Shown here in pieces: positions 27,701 to 45,000 of a stretch of DNA of 64,000 bases; positions within the stretch are counted from its first letter, which is position 1, and every line of letters begins with the position of its first letter. A program made the translations under genes and the position numbers. The notes under the pieces are model-generated. The model was not told where the DNA came from. It worked only from the letters and a program-made list of their open reading frames with translations, and searched no databases. Source of the stretch: the human T2T-CHM13v2.0 reference genome, Homo sapiens; assembly GCF_009914755.1 (NCBI RefSeq), contig NC_060927.1, one strand, 5' to 3'.

Positions 27701-30700
27701 ACATCACAAATTACTTTCTGAGAATGCTTCTGTCTAGTTTTTATGTGAAGATATTTGATTTTCTACCATAGGCCTCAAAGCACTCCAAATATCCACTTGA
27801 ACATTCTACAAAAAGAGTGTTTCAAAACTGCTCTATCAAAAGGAAGGTTCAGCTCTGTGAGTTGAATGCACACATCACAAAGAAGTTTCTGAGAATGCTT
27901 CTGTCTAGTTTTTATTTGAAGATATTCCCGTTTCTCACGAAGGCCTCAAAGCAGTCCAAATATCCACCTGCAGATTCTACAAAAGCAGTGTTTCAAAAGT
28001 GCTCTATCAAAAGGAAGTTTCAACTCTGTGAGTTGAATGCACACATCACAAAGAAGTTTCTGATAATGCTTATGTCTAGCTTCTATGTGAAAATATTTCC
28101 CTTTCCACCACAGGCTTCAAAGCCCTCCAAATGTCCACTTGCACATTCTACAAAAAGAGTGTTTCAATACTGTTCTATCAAAATAATATTCAACTCTTTC
28201 AGTTGAATGCACACATCGCAATGAAGTTTCTGAGAATGCTTCTGTCTACTTATTTGAAGACATTCCCATTTTCATCGAAGACCTCAAAGCCATGTAAATA
28301 TCCACTTACAAAAAGAGTGTTTCAAAACTGCTCAATCAAAAGTAATGTCCAACTCTGTGAGGTGAACGCACACATCACAAAGAAGTTTCTGAAAATGTTT
28401 CTGTCTACTTTTTATATGAGAATATTCCCGTTTCCAAAGAATGCCTCAAAGGGGTCCAAATATCCACTTGCAGATTCTCCAAAAAGAGTTTTTCAAAACT
28501 GCTCTATCAAAAGAAAAGTTCACCTCTGTGAATTGAATGCACACATCACAAGTTACTTTCTGAGAATGCTTCTGTCTAGGTTTTATATGAAGATATTTGA
28601 TTTTCTACCGTAGGCCTCAAAGCACTCCAAATACCCACTTGCAGATTCCACAAAAAGAGTGTTTCAAAACTGCTCTACTAAAAGGAAGGTTCAACTCTGT
28701 GAGTTGAATGCACACATCACAAAGAAGTTTCTGAGAATGCTTCTGTCAATTTTTTATTTGACAACATTCCACTCCCCAACGAAGGCCTCAAAGCAGTCCA
28801 AATATTCAATTGCAGATTCTATGAGAAGAGTGTTACAAAACTGCGTTATCAAAAGGACGGTTCAACCCTGTGAGTTGAATGCACACATCACAAAGAAGTT
28901 TCTGAGAAATTTTCTGTCTACTTTTTATATGAAGATACTTTTCTATCGTAGGCCTCAAAGTGCTTCAAATATACACTTGCAGATTCTACACAAAGAGGGT
29001 TTCAAAAGTTCTCTATCAAAAGGAATGTTCAACTCCATGAGTTGAATGTACACATCACAAAGAAATGTCTGAGAATCCTTCTGTCTAGTTTTTAGCTGAA
29101 GATGATCCCGTTTCAACGAAGGCCTCTATGCTGTCCAAATATCCACTTGAAGATTCTACAAAAAGTGGGTTTCAAAACTGCTCTAGCAAAAGGAAGTTTC
29201 AACTGTGTGAGTTGAATGCACACATCATCAAGAAGTTTCTGATAATGCATATGTCTAGCTTCTATGTGAAAATATTTCCCTTTCCCCCACAGTCCTCAAA
29301 GCTCTCCCAATGTACACATCCACATTCTACAAAAAGAGTGTTTCAATACTGCTCTATCAAAAGGAAGGTTCAACTCTGTGAGTTGAATGCACATGTCAAA
29401 AAGAAGTTTCCGAGAATGCTTCTGTCTATTTATTTGAAGACATTCCCATTACCAATGAAGGCCTCAAAGCGGTGCAAATACCCACTTGCAGATTCTCCAA
29501 AAAGAGTGTTTCAAAACTGCTCTATCAAAAGAAAGTTTCACCTCTATGAGGTGAATGCACACTTCACAAAGTAATTTCTGAGAATGCTTGTGTCTAGTTT
29601 TTATGTGAAGATATTTGCTTTTCTACCATAGGCCCCAAAGTGATCCAAATATCCACTTGCAGATTCTACAAAAAGAGTGTTTCAAAACTTGTGTAGCAAA
29701 AGGAATGTTCAAATCTGTGTATTGAATGCACACAACAAAAAGAAGTTTCTGAGAATGCTTCTGTCTACTTTCAATGTGAAGATATTTCCTTTTCCAAGCA
29801 AGGCCTTAAAGCACTCCAAATGTCCACTTGCACATTCTAGAAAAAGAGTGTTTTAAAAGTACTCTATCAAAACAATGGTTCGATTCTGCGAGTTGAATGC
29901 AAACATCAAAAAATGTTCCTGAGAATGCTTCTGTCTAGTTTTTTTATGGAGATATTTGCTTTTCTACCATAGGCCTCAAAGCCTCGAAATATCCACTTGC
30001 AGATTCTACAAAAAGAGTGTTTCAAAACTGCTATATCCAAAGGAAGGTTCAACTCTGTGAGTTGAATGCACACATCACAAAGAAGTTTCTGAGAATACTT
30101 CTGTCTAGTTTTATATGAAGAAATCCCGTTTCCAACGAAGGCCTCAAAGAGGTCCATATATCCACTTGCAGAATCTACAAAAAGAATGTTTCAAAACGGC
30201 TCTATCAAGAGGAATGTTAAACTCTGTGAGTTGAATGCAAACATCACAAACTAGTTTCTGAGAATACTTTGTCTACTTTTTAGGTGAAGATATTTCCTTT
30301 TCTACCATAGGCCTCAAAGCACTCTAAATACACACTTTCAAATTCTACAAAAAGAGTGTTTCAAATCTGCTCTATCAAAAGGAAGGTTCAACTCTGTGGG
30401 TTGAATGCACACGTCACAAAGAAGTTTCTGAGAATGCTTCTGTCTAGTTTTCACATGAAGATATTTCCTTTTCTAACAGAGGCCTCAAAGCGCTCCAAAT
30501 ATCCACTTGCCGATTCTACAAAAATAGTGTTTCAAAACTGCTGTATCAAAACGAGTGTTCAGCTCTGTGAGTTTAATGCACACATCACAGATATGTTTCT
30601 GAAAATACTTTTGTCTAGTTTTTATGTGAGAATATAACGGTTTCCAACGAAGGCCTCATGGTGGTCCAAATATACACTTGCAGATGTTCCAAAAAGAGTG

Positions 30701-33700
30701 TTTCAAAAGTGCCCTATCAAAAGAAATTTTCCCCTATGTGAGTTGAATGCACACATCACAAAGTACTTTCTGAGAATGCTTCTGTCTAGTTTTTATGTGA
30801 AGATATTTGCTTTTCTACCATAGGCCTCAAAGCACTCCAAATATACACTTGCAGATTCAACAAAAAGAGTGTTTCAAAACTGCCCTATCAAAAAGATTTT
30901 TCAACTCTGTGAGTTGAATGCACACATCACAAAGAACTTTCTGAGAATGGCTCTGTCTAGTTTCCATGTGAAGATATTTCCTTTTCCACAACGGGCCTTA
31001 AAGTGCTCCACATTTACACTAGCAGATTCTACAAACAGAGTGTTTCAAAACTGCTCTATCAAAAGAAAATTTCGACTCTGTGAGTTGAATACACACATCA
31101 CAAAGAAGTTTCTGAGAATGCTTCTCTCTAGTTTTTATATGAAGATATTTGCTTTTCTACCATAGGCCTCAAAGTACTGCAAATATCCACTTGCAGATTC
31201 TACAAAAAGAGGGTTTCAAAAGTACTCTATCAAAAGGAATGTTCACATCTATGAGTTGAATGCACACATCAAAAAGAAATTTCTGAGAATTCTTCTGTCA
31301 AGTTTTTAGGTGAAGATATTCCCGTTTCCAATGAAGGCCTCAAATCTGTCCAAATATCCACTTGCAGATTCTACAAAAAGAGTGTTTCAAAACTACTTTA
31401 TCAAAAAGAAGTTTCAAATGTGTGGGTTGAATGCACAGATCACAAAGAAGTTTCGAGAATGCTTCTGTCTAGTTGTTATTTGGAGATATTCCCATTTCCT
31501 ACGAAGGGTTCATTGTGGTCCAAATATCCACTAGCAGATTCTACAAAAAGAGTGTTTAAAAACTTCTCTATCATAAAGAAGGTTCAACACAGTGAGATGA
31601 ATGCACACATCACAAAGAAGTATCTGAGAATGCTTTTCTCTAGTTTTCATATGAAGATATTTCCTTTTCTACCATAGGCCTCAAAATGCTCCAAATGTCC
31701 ACTTGCAGATTCTTCAAAAAAAGTGTTTCAAAACTGCTCTATCAAAAGGAAGTTTCAATTCTGTGAGTGGAATGCACGAATCACAAAGTTGTTTCTGAGA
31801 ATAATTCTGTCTAGTTTCAATGTGAAGATATTTCCTTTTCCACAACAGGCCTCAAAGCCCTCCAAATGTTCAATTGCAGATTCTACAAAAAGAGTGTTTC
31901 AAAACTGATTTATCAAAAGGAAGGTTCAACTCTGTGAGTTGAATACACACATCACAAAGTAGTTTCTGAGAAAGCTTATGTCTAGTTTTTATTTGAAGAT
32001 ATTTCCTTTTCTACCATAGGCCTCAAATAGCTCCAAATGTCCACTTGCAGATTCTACAAAAAGAGTGTTCCACAACTGCTCTATCAAAAGTAATGTTCAA
32101 CTCTGTGAGTTGAATGCACACATCACAAAGAAGTTTCTGAAAATGCTTCTGTCTAGTTTTTATGTGAGAATATTCCCGTTTCCAATGAAAGCCTCAAGGC
32201 AGTCGAAATATCCACTTGCAGATTGTCCAAAAAAAGTGTTTCAAAACTGCTCTATCAAAAGAAAGATTCATCTCAGCTAGTTGAATGCACACATCACAAA
32301 GTACTTTCTGAGAATGCTTTTGTCTAGTTTTTCTGTGAAGATATTTGCTTTTCTATCATAGGCCTCAAAGTGCTCCAAATATCTAATTGCAGATTCTATA
32401 AAAAGAGTGTTTCAAAACTGCTCTATCAAAAGGATGGTTCAGCTCTGTGTGTTGAATGCACACATCACAAACAAGTCTCTGAGAATACTTCTGTGTAGTT
32501 TTTCTTCGAAAATATTCCAGTTTCCAACGAAGGCCCAAAAGCAGTCCAAATAGCCGCTTGCAGATTCTGCTAGAAGAGTGTTTCAAAACTGCTCTATCAC
32601 AAAGAAGCTTCAAATCTGTGAGTTGAATGCACAAATCACAAAGAAGTTTCTGAGAATGCTTTTATCCAGTTTTCATATGAGACATTTCCTTTTCTACCAG
32701 AGGCCTCAAAGAGCTCCAAATCTCCACTTGCAGATTCTACAAAAAGAGTGTTTCAATACTGCTCTATCAAAAGAAAGGTTCAACTCTGTGAGTTGAATGC
32801 ACACATCACGAAGGAGTTTCTGAAAATGCTTCTGTCTACTTTTTAGGTGAGGATATTCTTGTTTCCAACAAAGGCCTCAAAGTGGTCCAAATATCCTATT
32901 GCAAATTCTACAAAAAGAGTGTTTCAAAACTGCTCTATCAAAAGAAAGATTCACCTCTGTGAGTTGAATGCACACATCACAAATAAGTTTCTGAGAATGC
33001 TTCTGTCAAGTTTTATATGAACATATTTGCTTTTCTACCATTGGCCTCAAAGCGCTCCAAATATCCACTTGCAGATTCTTCAAAAAGAGTTTTTCAAAAC
33101 TGCTCTATCAAAAGGAAAATTGAAAACTGTGAGTTGAATGCACACATCACTAAATGGTTTCAGAGAATACTTCTGTCTAGTTTCTATGTGAAGATATTTC
33201 CTTTTCTAACATAGGACTCAAAGCATTCGAAATTTCCACTTGCCGATTCTTCAAAAAGAGTGTTTGAAAACTGCTCTATCAAAAGGAAGGCTCAACTCTG
33301 TGAGTTGAATGCACACATCACAAAGAAGTTTCTGAAAATGTTACTGTCTAGTGTTTAAGTGAGGATATTCCCCCTTCCTCCACAGACCTCAAAGCCCTCC
33401 AAATGTCCACTTGCAGATTCTACAAAAAGAGAGATTCAAAAGTGCTCTATCAAAAGGAAGGTTCAACTCTGTGAGGTGAATACACACATCACAAAGAAGT
33501 TTCTGCGAATGCTTCTGTCTAGTTCTTATTTGAAGATATTCCCGTTTCCAACGAATGCTTCAAAGCGGTCCAAATATTCTCTTGCAGATTCTACAAAAAG
33601 AGTGTTTCACAACTGCTCTATCAAAAGGAAGGTTGAACTCCGTGAGTTGAATGCACACATCAAAAAGGAGTCTCTCAGAATGTTTCTGTCTAGTTTCTAT

Positions 33701-36138
33701 GTGAACATATTTCCTTTTCCACAATGGGCCTCAAAGCCCAACAAATGTCCACTTGCACATTCTACAAAAAGAGTGTTTCACTACTGCTCTATCAAAAGGA
33801 ATGTTCAACTCTGTGAGTTGAATGCATAGATCACAAAAAAGTTTCTGAGATGCTTCTGTCTAGTTTTTATTTGAAGATATTCCCGTTTCCAATGAAGGCC
33901 TCAAAGTGGTCCAAATATCTACTTGAAGATTCTACAAAAAGAGTGTTTCAAAACTGCCCTATCAAAAAGAAGGTTCAACTCTGTGAGTTGAAGGCACACA
34001 TCACAAAGTAGTTTCTGAGAATGCTTCTCTCTACTTTTATATGAAGATATTTGCTTTTCTACCATAGGCCTCAAATCGCTCCAAATATCCACTTGCAGAT
34101 ACTACAAAAAGAGTGTTTCAAAACTGCTCTATCAAAAGGAATGTTCAACTCTGTGAGTTGAATGCACACATCACAATGTGTTTTGTGAGAATAATTCTGT
34201 CTAGTCTCTATATGAAGATGTTTCCTTTTCCACCACAGACCTTAAAGCGGTTCAAATGTCCACTTGCACGTTCTTCAAAAAGAGTGTTTCAAAAGTGCTC
34301 TATCAAAAGAAATGTTCAACTTTGTGAGTTGAATGCACACATCACAAAGTGGCTTCTCAGAATTCTTCTGTCTAGTCTCCATGTGAAGATATTTCCTATT
34401 TCACCACAGGGCTCAAAGCCCTCAAAATGTTCACTTGCAGATTCTACAAAAAGTGTGTTTCAAAACTGCTCTATCAAAAGAAAGTTTCGCCTCTGTAAGT
34501 TGAATGCATACATCACAAAGAAGTTTCTGAGAATGTTTCTGTCCAGTTTTCATTTGAAGTTATTCCCGTTTTCACAGAAGGCCTCAGATCTGGCAAAATA
34601 TCCCTTTGCAGATCTTACAAAAAGAGTGTTTCAAAACTGCCCTATCAAAAGGAAGGTTCAGCTCTGTGAGTTGAATGCACACATCGCAAAGTAGTTTCTG
34701 AGAATGCTCCTGTCTGGTTTTTATATGAAGATATTTCCTTTTCCACCATAGGCCTCAAAGCACTCCAAATATCCACTTGCAGATTCCACAAAAGCTGTGT
34801 TTCAAAACTGCTCCATCAAAAGAGAGGTTCAACTCTGAGAGTTTAAAGCACGCATCACAAAGAAGTTTCTGAGAATCTTTCTGTCTAGTTTTTAGGTGAA
34901 GATATTCCCGTTTCCACAGAAGGTCGCAAAGATATCTAAATATCCACTTGCTGATTTTTCTTACAAATGAGTGTTTCAAAACTGCTCCATCAAAAGGAAT
35001 GTTCAACTCCGTGGGTTGAATGCACACATCACAAAGAAGTTTCTGAGATTGCTTCTGTCTAGTTTTTGTGTGAATATATTCCTGTTCCCACCGTAGGCCT
35101 CAGAGCACTCCAAATATCCAGTTGCAGATTCTACAAAAGGTCTGTTTCAAAACTGCTCTATCAAAAGGAAGGTTCAATTATGTGACATGAATGCACACAT
35201 CACAAAGAAGTTTCTGAGAATGCTTCTGTCTAGATTTTATGTGAAGATATTTCCTCTTCCACCACAGGCCTCAAAGCCCTCCCAAGTTGCAATTGCAGAT
35301 TCTACAAAAATAGTGTTTCAAAACTGCTCTATCAAAAGGAAGGTTCAACTCTGTGAGTTGAATGCATACATCCAAAGAAATTTCTGAGAATGCTTCTGTC
35401 TAGTTTTTAGGTGAAGATACTCCCATTTCCTCAGAATGCCTCACAGCTGCAAAATATCCACTTGCAGATTCTACAAAAAGAGTGTTTCAAAACTGCTCTA
35501 TCAAAAGAAAGGTGCAACTCTGTGAGTTGAATGCACACATCACAAAGAAGTTTCTGAAAATGCTTCTGTCTAGTTTTTAAGGGAGGATATTCCCGTTTCC
35601 TATGAAAGCCTCAAAGTGGTCCAAATACCCCCTTGCAGATTCTACAAAAAGAGTGTTTCAAAACTGCTCTATCAAAAGAAAGATTCACGTTTGTGAGTTG
35701 AGTGCACACATCACAAAGAAGTTTCTGAGAATGCTTCTGTCAAGTTTTATATGAAGATGTTTTCTTTTCTACCATAGGCCTCAAAGCGCTCCAAATATCC
35801 ATTTGCAGATCCTTCAAAAATAGTGTTTCAAAACTGCTCTATCAAAAGGAAGGTTGAAAACTGTGAGTTGAATGCACACATCACAAACTGGTTTCAGAGA
35901 ATACTTCTGTCTAGTTTCTTTCTTTTTATTATTATTATACTTTAAGATTTAGGGTACATGTGCACGTAGTGCAGGTTAGTTACATATGTATACATGTGCC
36001 ATGCTGGTGCGCTGCACCCACTAACTCGTCATCTCGCATTAGGTATATCTCCCGATGATATCCCTCCCCCATACCCCCACCCAACAACAGTCCCCAGAGT
36101 GTGATATTCCCTTTCCTGTGTCCATGTGATCTCATTGT

Positions 36139-39059
<2,921 letters not shown>

Positions 39060-42000
39060 TAGTTTCTATGTGAAGATATTTCCTTTTCTAACATAGGCCT
39101 TAAAGCGCTCGAAATGTCCACTTGCAGATTCTTCAAAAAGAGTGTTTCACAACTGCTCTATCAAAAGGAAGGTTCAACTCTGTAAGTTGAATGCAAACAT
39201 CAGAGAAGTTTCTGAAAATGCTTCTCTCTAGTGTTTAAGTGAGGATAATCCCGCTTCCTCCTCAGGCCTCAAATCCCTCCAAATGTCCACTTGCAGATTC
39301 TACAAAAAGACTGTTTCAAAAGTGCTCTATCAAAACGAAGGTTCAACTCTGTGAGTTGAATGCACAGATCACAAAGAAGTTTCTGCGAATGCTTCTGTCT
39401 AGTTCTTATTTAAAGATATTCCCATTTCCGATGAATGCCTCAAAGCGTTCCAAATATCCACTTGCAGATTCTACAAAAAGAGTGTTTCAAAACTGCTCTA
39501 TCAAAAGGAAGGTTCAACTCTTTGACTTGAATGCACACATCAAAAAGAAGTCTCTTAGAATGCTTCTGTCTACTCTCTATGTGAAGATATTTCCTTTTCC
39601 ACCACGGGCCTCAAAGCCCAACAAATGACTGCTTGCACATTCCACATAAAGAGTGTTTCACTACTGCTCTATCAAAAGGAATGTTCAAATCTGTGAGTTC
39701 AATGCATAGATCACAAACAAGTTTCTGAGAGTGCTTCTGTCTAGTTTTTATTTGAAGATATTCCCGTTTCCAATGAAGGCCTCAAAGTGGTCCAAATATC
39801 CACTTGCAGATTCTACAAAAAGATTGTTTCAAAACTGCCCTATCAAAAGGGAGGTTTAACTCTGTGAGTTGAATGTACACATCACAAAGTAGTTTCTGAG
39901 AATGCTTCTGTCTAGTTTTATATGAAGATATTTGCTTTTCTACCATAGGCCTCAAAGCGCTCCAAATATCTACTTGCAGATACTACAAAAAGAGTGTTTC
40001 AAAACTGCTCTATCAAAAGGAATTTTCAGCTCTGTAAGTTGAACACACACATAACAAAGAGGTTTCTGAGAATGCTTTTCTCTAGTCTCTATGTGAAGAT
40101 ATTTCCTTTTCCACCACAGGCCTCAAAGCCCTAAAAATGTCCACTTGCATATTCTACAAAAAGAGAGTTTCAAAACTGCTCTATCAAAAGGAATGATCAA
40201 CTCTGTGAGTGGAATGCACACATCACAAAGAAGTTTCTGAGAATGCTTCTCTCTAGTTTTTATTTGAAGCCATTTCCTTTTCTACCATAGGCCTCAAAGC
40301 GTGGAAAATGTCAACTTGCAGATTCTACAAAAAGAGTGTTACAAAACTGCTCTATCAAAAGGAAGGTTCAACTCTGTGAGTTGAACGCACAAAGAGCTTT
40401 CTGAGTATGCTTCTGTCTAGTCTCTATGTGAAGTTATTTCCTTTTCCACCACAGGCCTCAAAGCCCTCCAAATGTCCACTTGCAGATTCTACAAAAAGTG
40501 TGTTTCAAGACTGCTCTATCAAAAGGAAGTTTCAACTCTGTTAGTTGAATGCACACATCACAAAGTATTTTATGAGAATGCTTCTGTCTAATTTTTATGA
40601 GAAGATATTTGCTTTTCTACCATAGGCATCAAAGCGCTCCAAATATCCACTTCCAGATTCTACAAAAAGAGTGTTTCAAAACTGCTCTATCCAAAGGAAG
40701 GTACAACTCCGTGTGTTGAATGCACACATCTCAAAGAAGTTTCTGAGAATGCTTCTGACTAGTTTGTATGTGAAGATATTTCCTTTCCCACTACAGGCCT
40801 TAAAGCGTTCCAAACGGCAGCTTGCAGATTTTACAAAAAGAGTGTTTAAAAACTGCTTTATCAAAAAAAAGCTTCGACTCTGTGAGTTGAATGCACACAT
40901 CATAAAGTAGTTTCTGAGAATGCTTTTGTCTAGTTTTTATATGCAGATATTTCCTTTTCTAACAAAGGCCTCAAAGCACTCCAAGTATGCACTTGCAGAT
41001 TCTACAAATAGTCTTTCAAAAGTGTTCCAAGAAAAGGAATGTTCAACTCTGTGAGTTCAATGCACACATCACAAAGTAGTTTCTGAAAATGCTTCTGTCC
41101 AATTTTTATTTGGGAATATTCCCGTTTCCAATGAAGACCTCAAAGCTGTCCAAATATCCACTTGTGGATTCTGCAAAAAGATTGTTTCAAAGCTGCTCTA
41201 TCAAAAGAAAGTTTTGACTCTGTGAGTTGAATGCACACATCACAAAGAATTTTCTGGGAATGTTTCTGTCTAGTTTTTATATGAAGATATTTGCTTTTCT
41301 ACCATAGACCTCAAAACGCTCCAAATATCCACTTACAGATTCTTCAAAAAGAGTGTTTCAAAAGTGCTCTAACAAAAGGAATGCTCAACACTGTGACTTG
41401 AATGCACATATCACAAAGAAATTTCTGAGAATACTTCTGTCTAGTTTTTAGGTGAAGATATTCCCGTTTCCACAGAAGGCCTCAATGCTGCAAATATCCC
41501 CTTGCAGATTCTACAAAATGAGTATTTCAAAAGTGCTCTATCAAAAGGAAGGTTCATCCCATTGAGTTGAATGCACACATCACAAAGAAGTTTCTGAGAA
41601 TGCTTCTGTCTAGTTTTTATTTCAAGATATTCCCGTTTCCAGTGAAGGCCTCAAAGCAGTCCAAGTATCCTCTTGCGGATTCTGCAAAAAGAGTGCTTCA
41701 AAACTGCTCTATCAAAAGGAAGGTTCAACTCTGTGAGTTGAATGCACACATCACAAAGCAGTTTATGAGAACGCTTCTGTCTAGTTTTTATATGAAGATA
41801 TTTCCTTTTCTACCATGGGCCTCAAAACGCTCCAAATGTCCACTTTCAGATCCTACAAAAATAGTGTTTCGAAACCACTCTATGAAAAGCATGGTTCAAT
41901 TCCGTAAGTTGAATGTACACATCACAAAGAAGTTTCTGAAAATGCTTCTGTCTAGTTTTTAAGTGATGCTATTCCCATTTCCCCCACAGGCCTCAAAGCC

Positions 42001-45000
42001 CTCCAAATGTCCACTTACAGATTCTACAAAAAGAGTGTTTCAAAACTGCTCTACCAAAAGGAAGGTTCAACTCTGTGAGTTGAATGCACACATCACAAAG
42101 AAGTTTCTGAGAATGCTTCTGTCTAGTTTTTATTCGAAGATTTTCCCTTTTCCAACGAAGGCCTCAAAGAGTTCGAAATATCCACTTGCAGAATCTCCAA
42201 AGGAGTGTTTCAAAACTGCTCTATCAAAAGAAAAGTTCACCTCTCTGAGTTTAATGCATACATCACAAAGTAGTTTCTGAGAATGCTTCTGTCTAGTTTT
42301 ATATGAAGATATTTGCTTTTCTACCATAAGCCTCAAAGTGCTCCTAATGTCCACTCGCAGATTCTACAAAAAAAGTGTTTAAAGACTGCTCTATCAAAAA
42401 GGAGGTTCAAATCTGTGAGGTGAATGCTCACCTCACAAAGAAGTTCTGAGAATGCTTCTGTGTAGTCTCTATGTGAAGATATTTCCTTTTCCACCAGAGG
42501 CCTCAAAGCCTTCCAAATGTCCACTTCAGATTCTACAAAAAGAGTGTTTCAAAACTGCTCTATCAAAAGGAAGGTTCAAATCTGTGAGTTGAATGCACAC
42601 ATCACAAAGTTGTTTCTGAGAATGTTTCTGTCTAGTTTTTATGTGAGGACGTTCCCGTTTCCAAAGAAGGCCTCAAAGAGGTACTGATATCCACTTGCGG
42701 TTTCTACAAAAATAGTGTTTCAAATTGCTCTATCAAAAGGAAGGTTCAACTCTGTGAGTTTAATGCACACATCGCAAACACGTTTTGGAGAATGCCTCCG
42801 TCTGATTACTATGTGAAGATATTTCCTTTTCCACCACAGGCCTTAAAGCACTCCAAATGTCCAGTTGCAGATTCAACGAAAAGAGTGTTTCAAGCTGCTC
42901 TATCAAAAGACATGTTCAACTCTGGGTGTTGAATGCACACATCCCAAATAAGTTTCTGAGAATGCTTCTGTCTAGTTCTTATGTGAAGACATTTCCTTTT
43001 CCACCAGAGGCCTCAAAGCCCTCCAAATGTACACTTGCAGATTCTACAAAAAGACTGTTTCAAAACTGCTTTATGAAAAGGAAAGTTCAACTCCGTGAGT
43101 TGAACGCACACATCACAAACGTATTTCTGAGAGTGGTTCTGTCTAGTTTTTACGTGTAGATATTCCCGTTTCCACCGATAGCCTCAAAGCCATCCAAATA
43201 TACACTTGTAGATTGTACAAAAAGAGTGTTTCAAAACTGCTCTATCAGAAGGAATGTTCTACTCTGTGAGTTCAATGCACACATCACAATGTAGTTTCTG
43301 AGAATGCTTCTGCCTAGTTTTTAAATGAAGATATTTCCTTTTTTACCATAGGCCTCAAAGCGCTCCAATATCCACTTGCAGATACACAAAAAGAGTGTTC
43401 CAAAACTGCTCTATCAAAAAGTAGGTTCAACTCTGTCAGTTGAATGAACACATCACAAAGAAGTTTCTGAGAATGCTTCTGTCTAACTTTTAGGTGAAGA
43501 TATTCCTGTTTCCACAGAAGGCCTCAAACTGTCCAAATATCAACTTGGAGATTCTACAAAAAGAGTCATTCAAAACTGTCCTATCAAAAGGAAGGTTCAA
43601 CACTGTGAGTTGTATGCACATATTACAAAGAAGTTTCTGAGAATGCTTCTTTCTAGTTTTTAGGTGAAGATATTCCCTTTTCCACAGAAGGCCTCAAAGC
43701 TGTCCAAATATCCACTTGTAGATCTTACAAAAAGAGAGTTTCAAAACTGCTCTTTTGAAAGGAATGTTCAACTCTGTGAGTTCAATGCACACATCACGAA
43801 GAAGTTTTTGAGAATGGTTCTCTCTAATTTTTATGTGAAGATATTCCTGTTTCCTCCATAGTCCTCGAAGCGCTCCAAATATCCACCTGCAGATTCTACA
43901 AAAAGTCTGTTTCAAAACTGCTCTAGCAAAAGAAAGGTTCAACGATGTAAGATGAATGCACACATCAGAAAGAAATTTCTGAGAATGCTTCAGTCTAGTT
44001 TTTGTTTGAAGATATTCCCGTTTCCACCGTAGGCCTCAAAGAGCTCCAAATATCCACTTGCAGATTCTATAGAAAGTCTGTTTCAGAACTGCTCTATCAA
44101 AAGGAAGGTTCAACTGTGTGAATTGAATGCACACATCAGAAAGGAGTTTCTGAGAATGCTTCTGTCTTGTTGTTAGGTGAAGATATTACTGTTTTCACAG
44201 AAGGCCTCAAATGCGACCAAATATCCACTTGCAGATTCTACAAAAAGAGTGTTTCAAAACTGCTCTATCAAAAGGAAGGTTCATCCCATTGAGGTGAATG
44301 CACACATCACAAAGAAGCTTCTGAGAATGCTTCTGTCTAGTTTTTATTTGAAGATATTCCCGTTTCCAGGGAAAAACTCAAAGTGGTCCAAAAATCCACT
44401 TGCAGATTCAACAAAAAGAGTGTTTCAAAACTGCTCTATCAAAAGGAAGGTTCAACTCTGTGAGTTGAATGCACACATCACAAAGAAGTTTCTGAGAATG
44501 CTTCTCTCTAGTTTTTATATGAAGATATTTCCTTTTCCCCCACAGGCCTCAAAGCCCTGTTAATGTCCACTTGCAGGTTTAACAAAAAGAGTGTTTCAAA
44601 ACTGCTCTATCAAAAGGAAGGTTCAACTCTGTGAGTTGAATGCACACATCAGAAAGAGGTTCCTGAAAATGCTTCCGTCTACTTTCTATGTGAAGATATT
44701 TCCTTTTCCACCACAGGCCTCAAAGCCCTCCAAATGTCCACTTGCAGATTCTACAAAAAGAGTGTTTCTAAACTGCTCTATCAAAAAAAAAAAAATGTTA
44801 AACTGTGTGAGTCGAATGCACACATCACAAAGTAGTTTCTGAGAATGCTTCCATCTAGTTTTATATGAAGATATTTTCTTTTCTACCATAGGCCTCAAAG
44901 TGGTCCAAATATCCACTTGCAGATTCCACAAAAAGAATGTTTCAAAACTGCTCTATCAAAAGGAAGGTTCAACTCTGTGAGTTGAATGCACACAACACAA

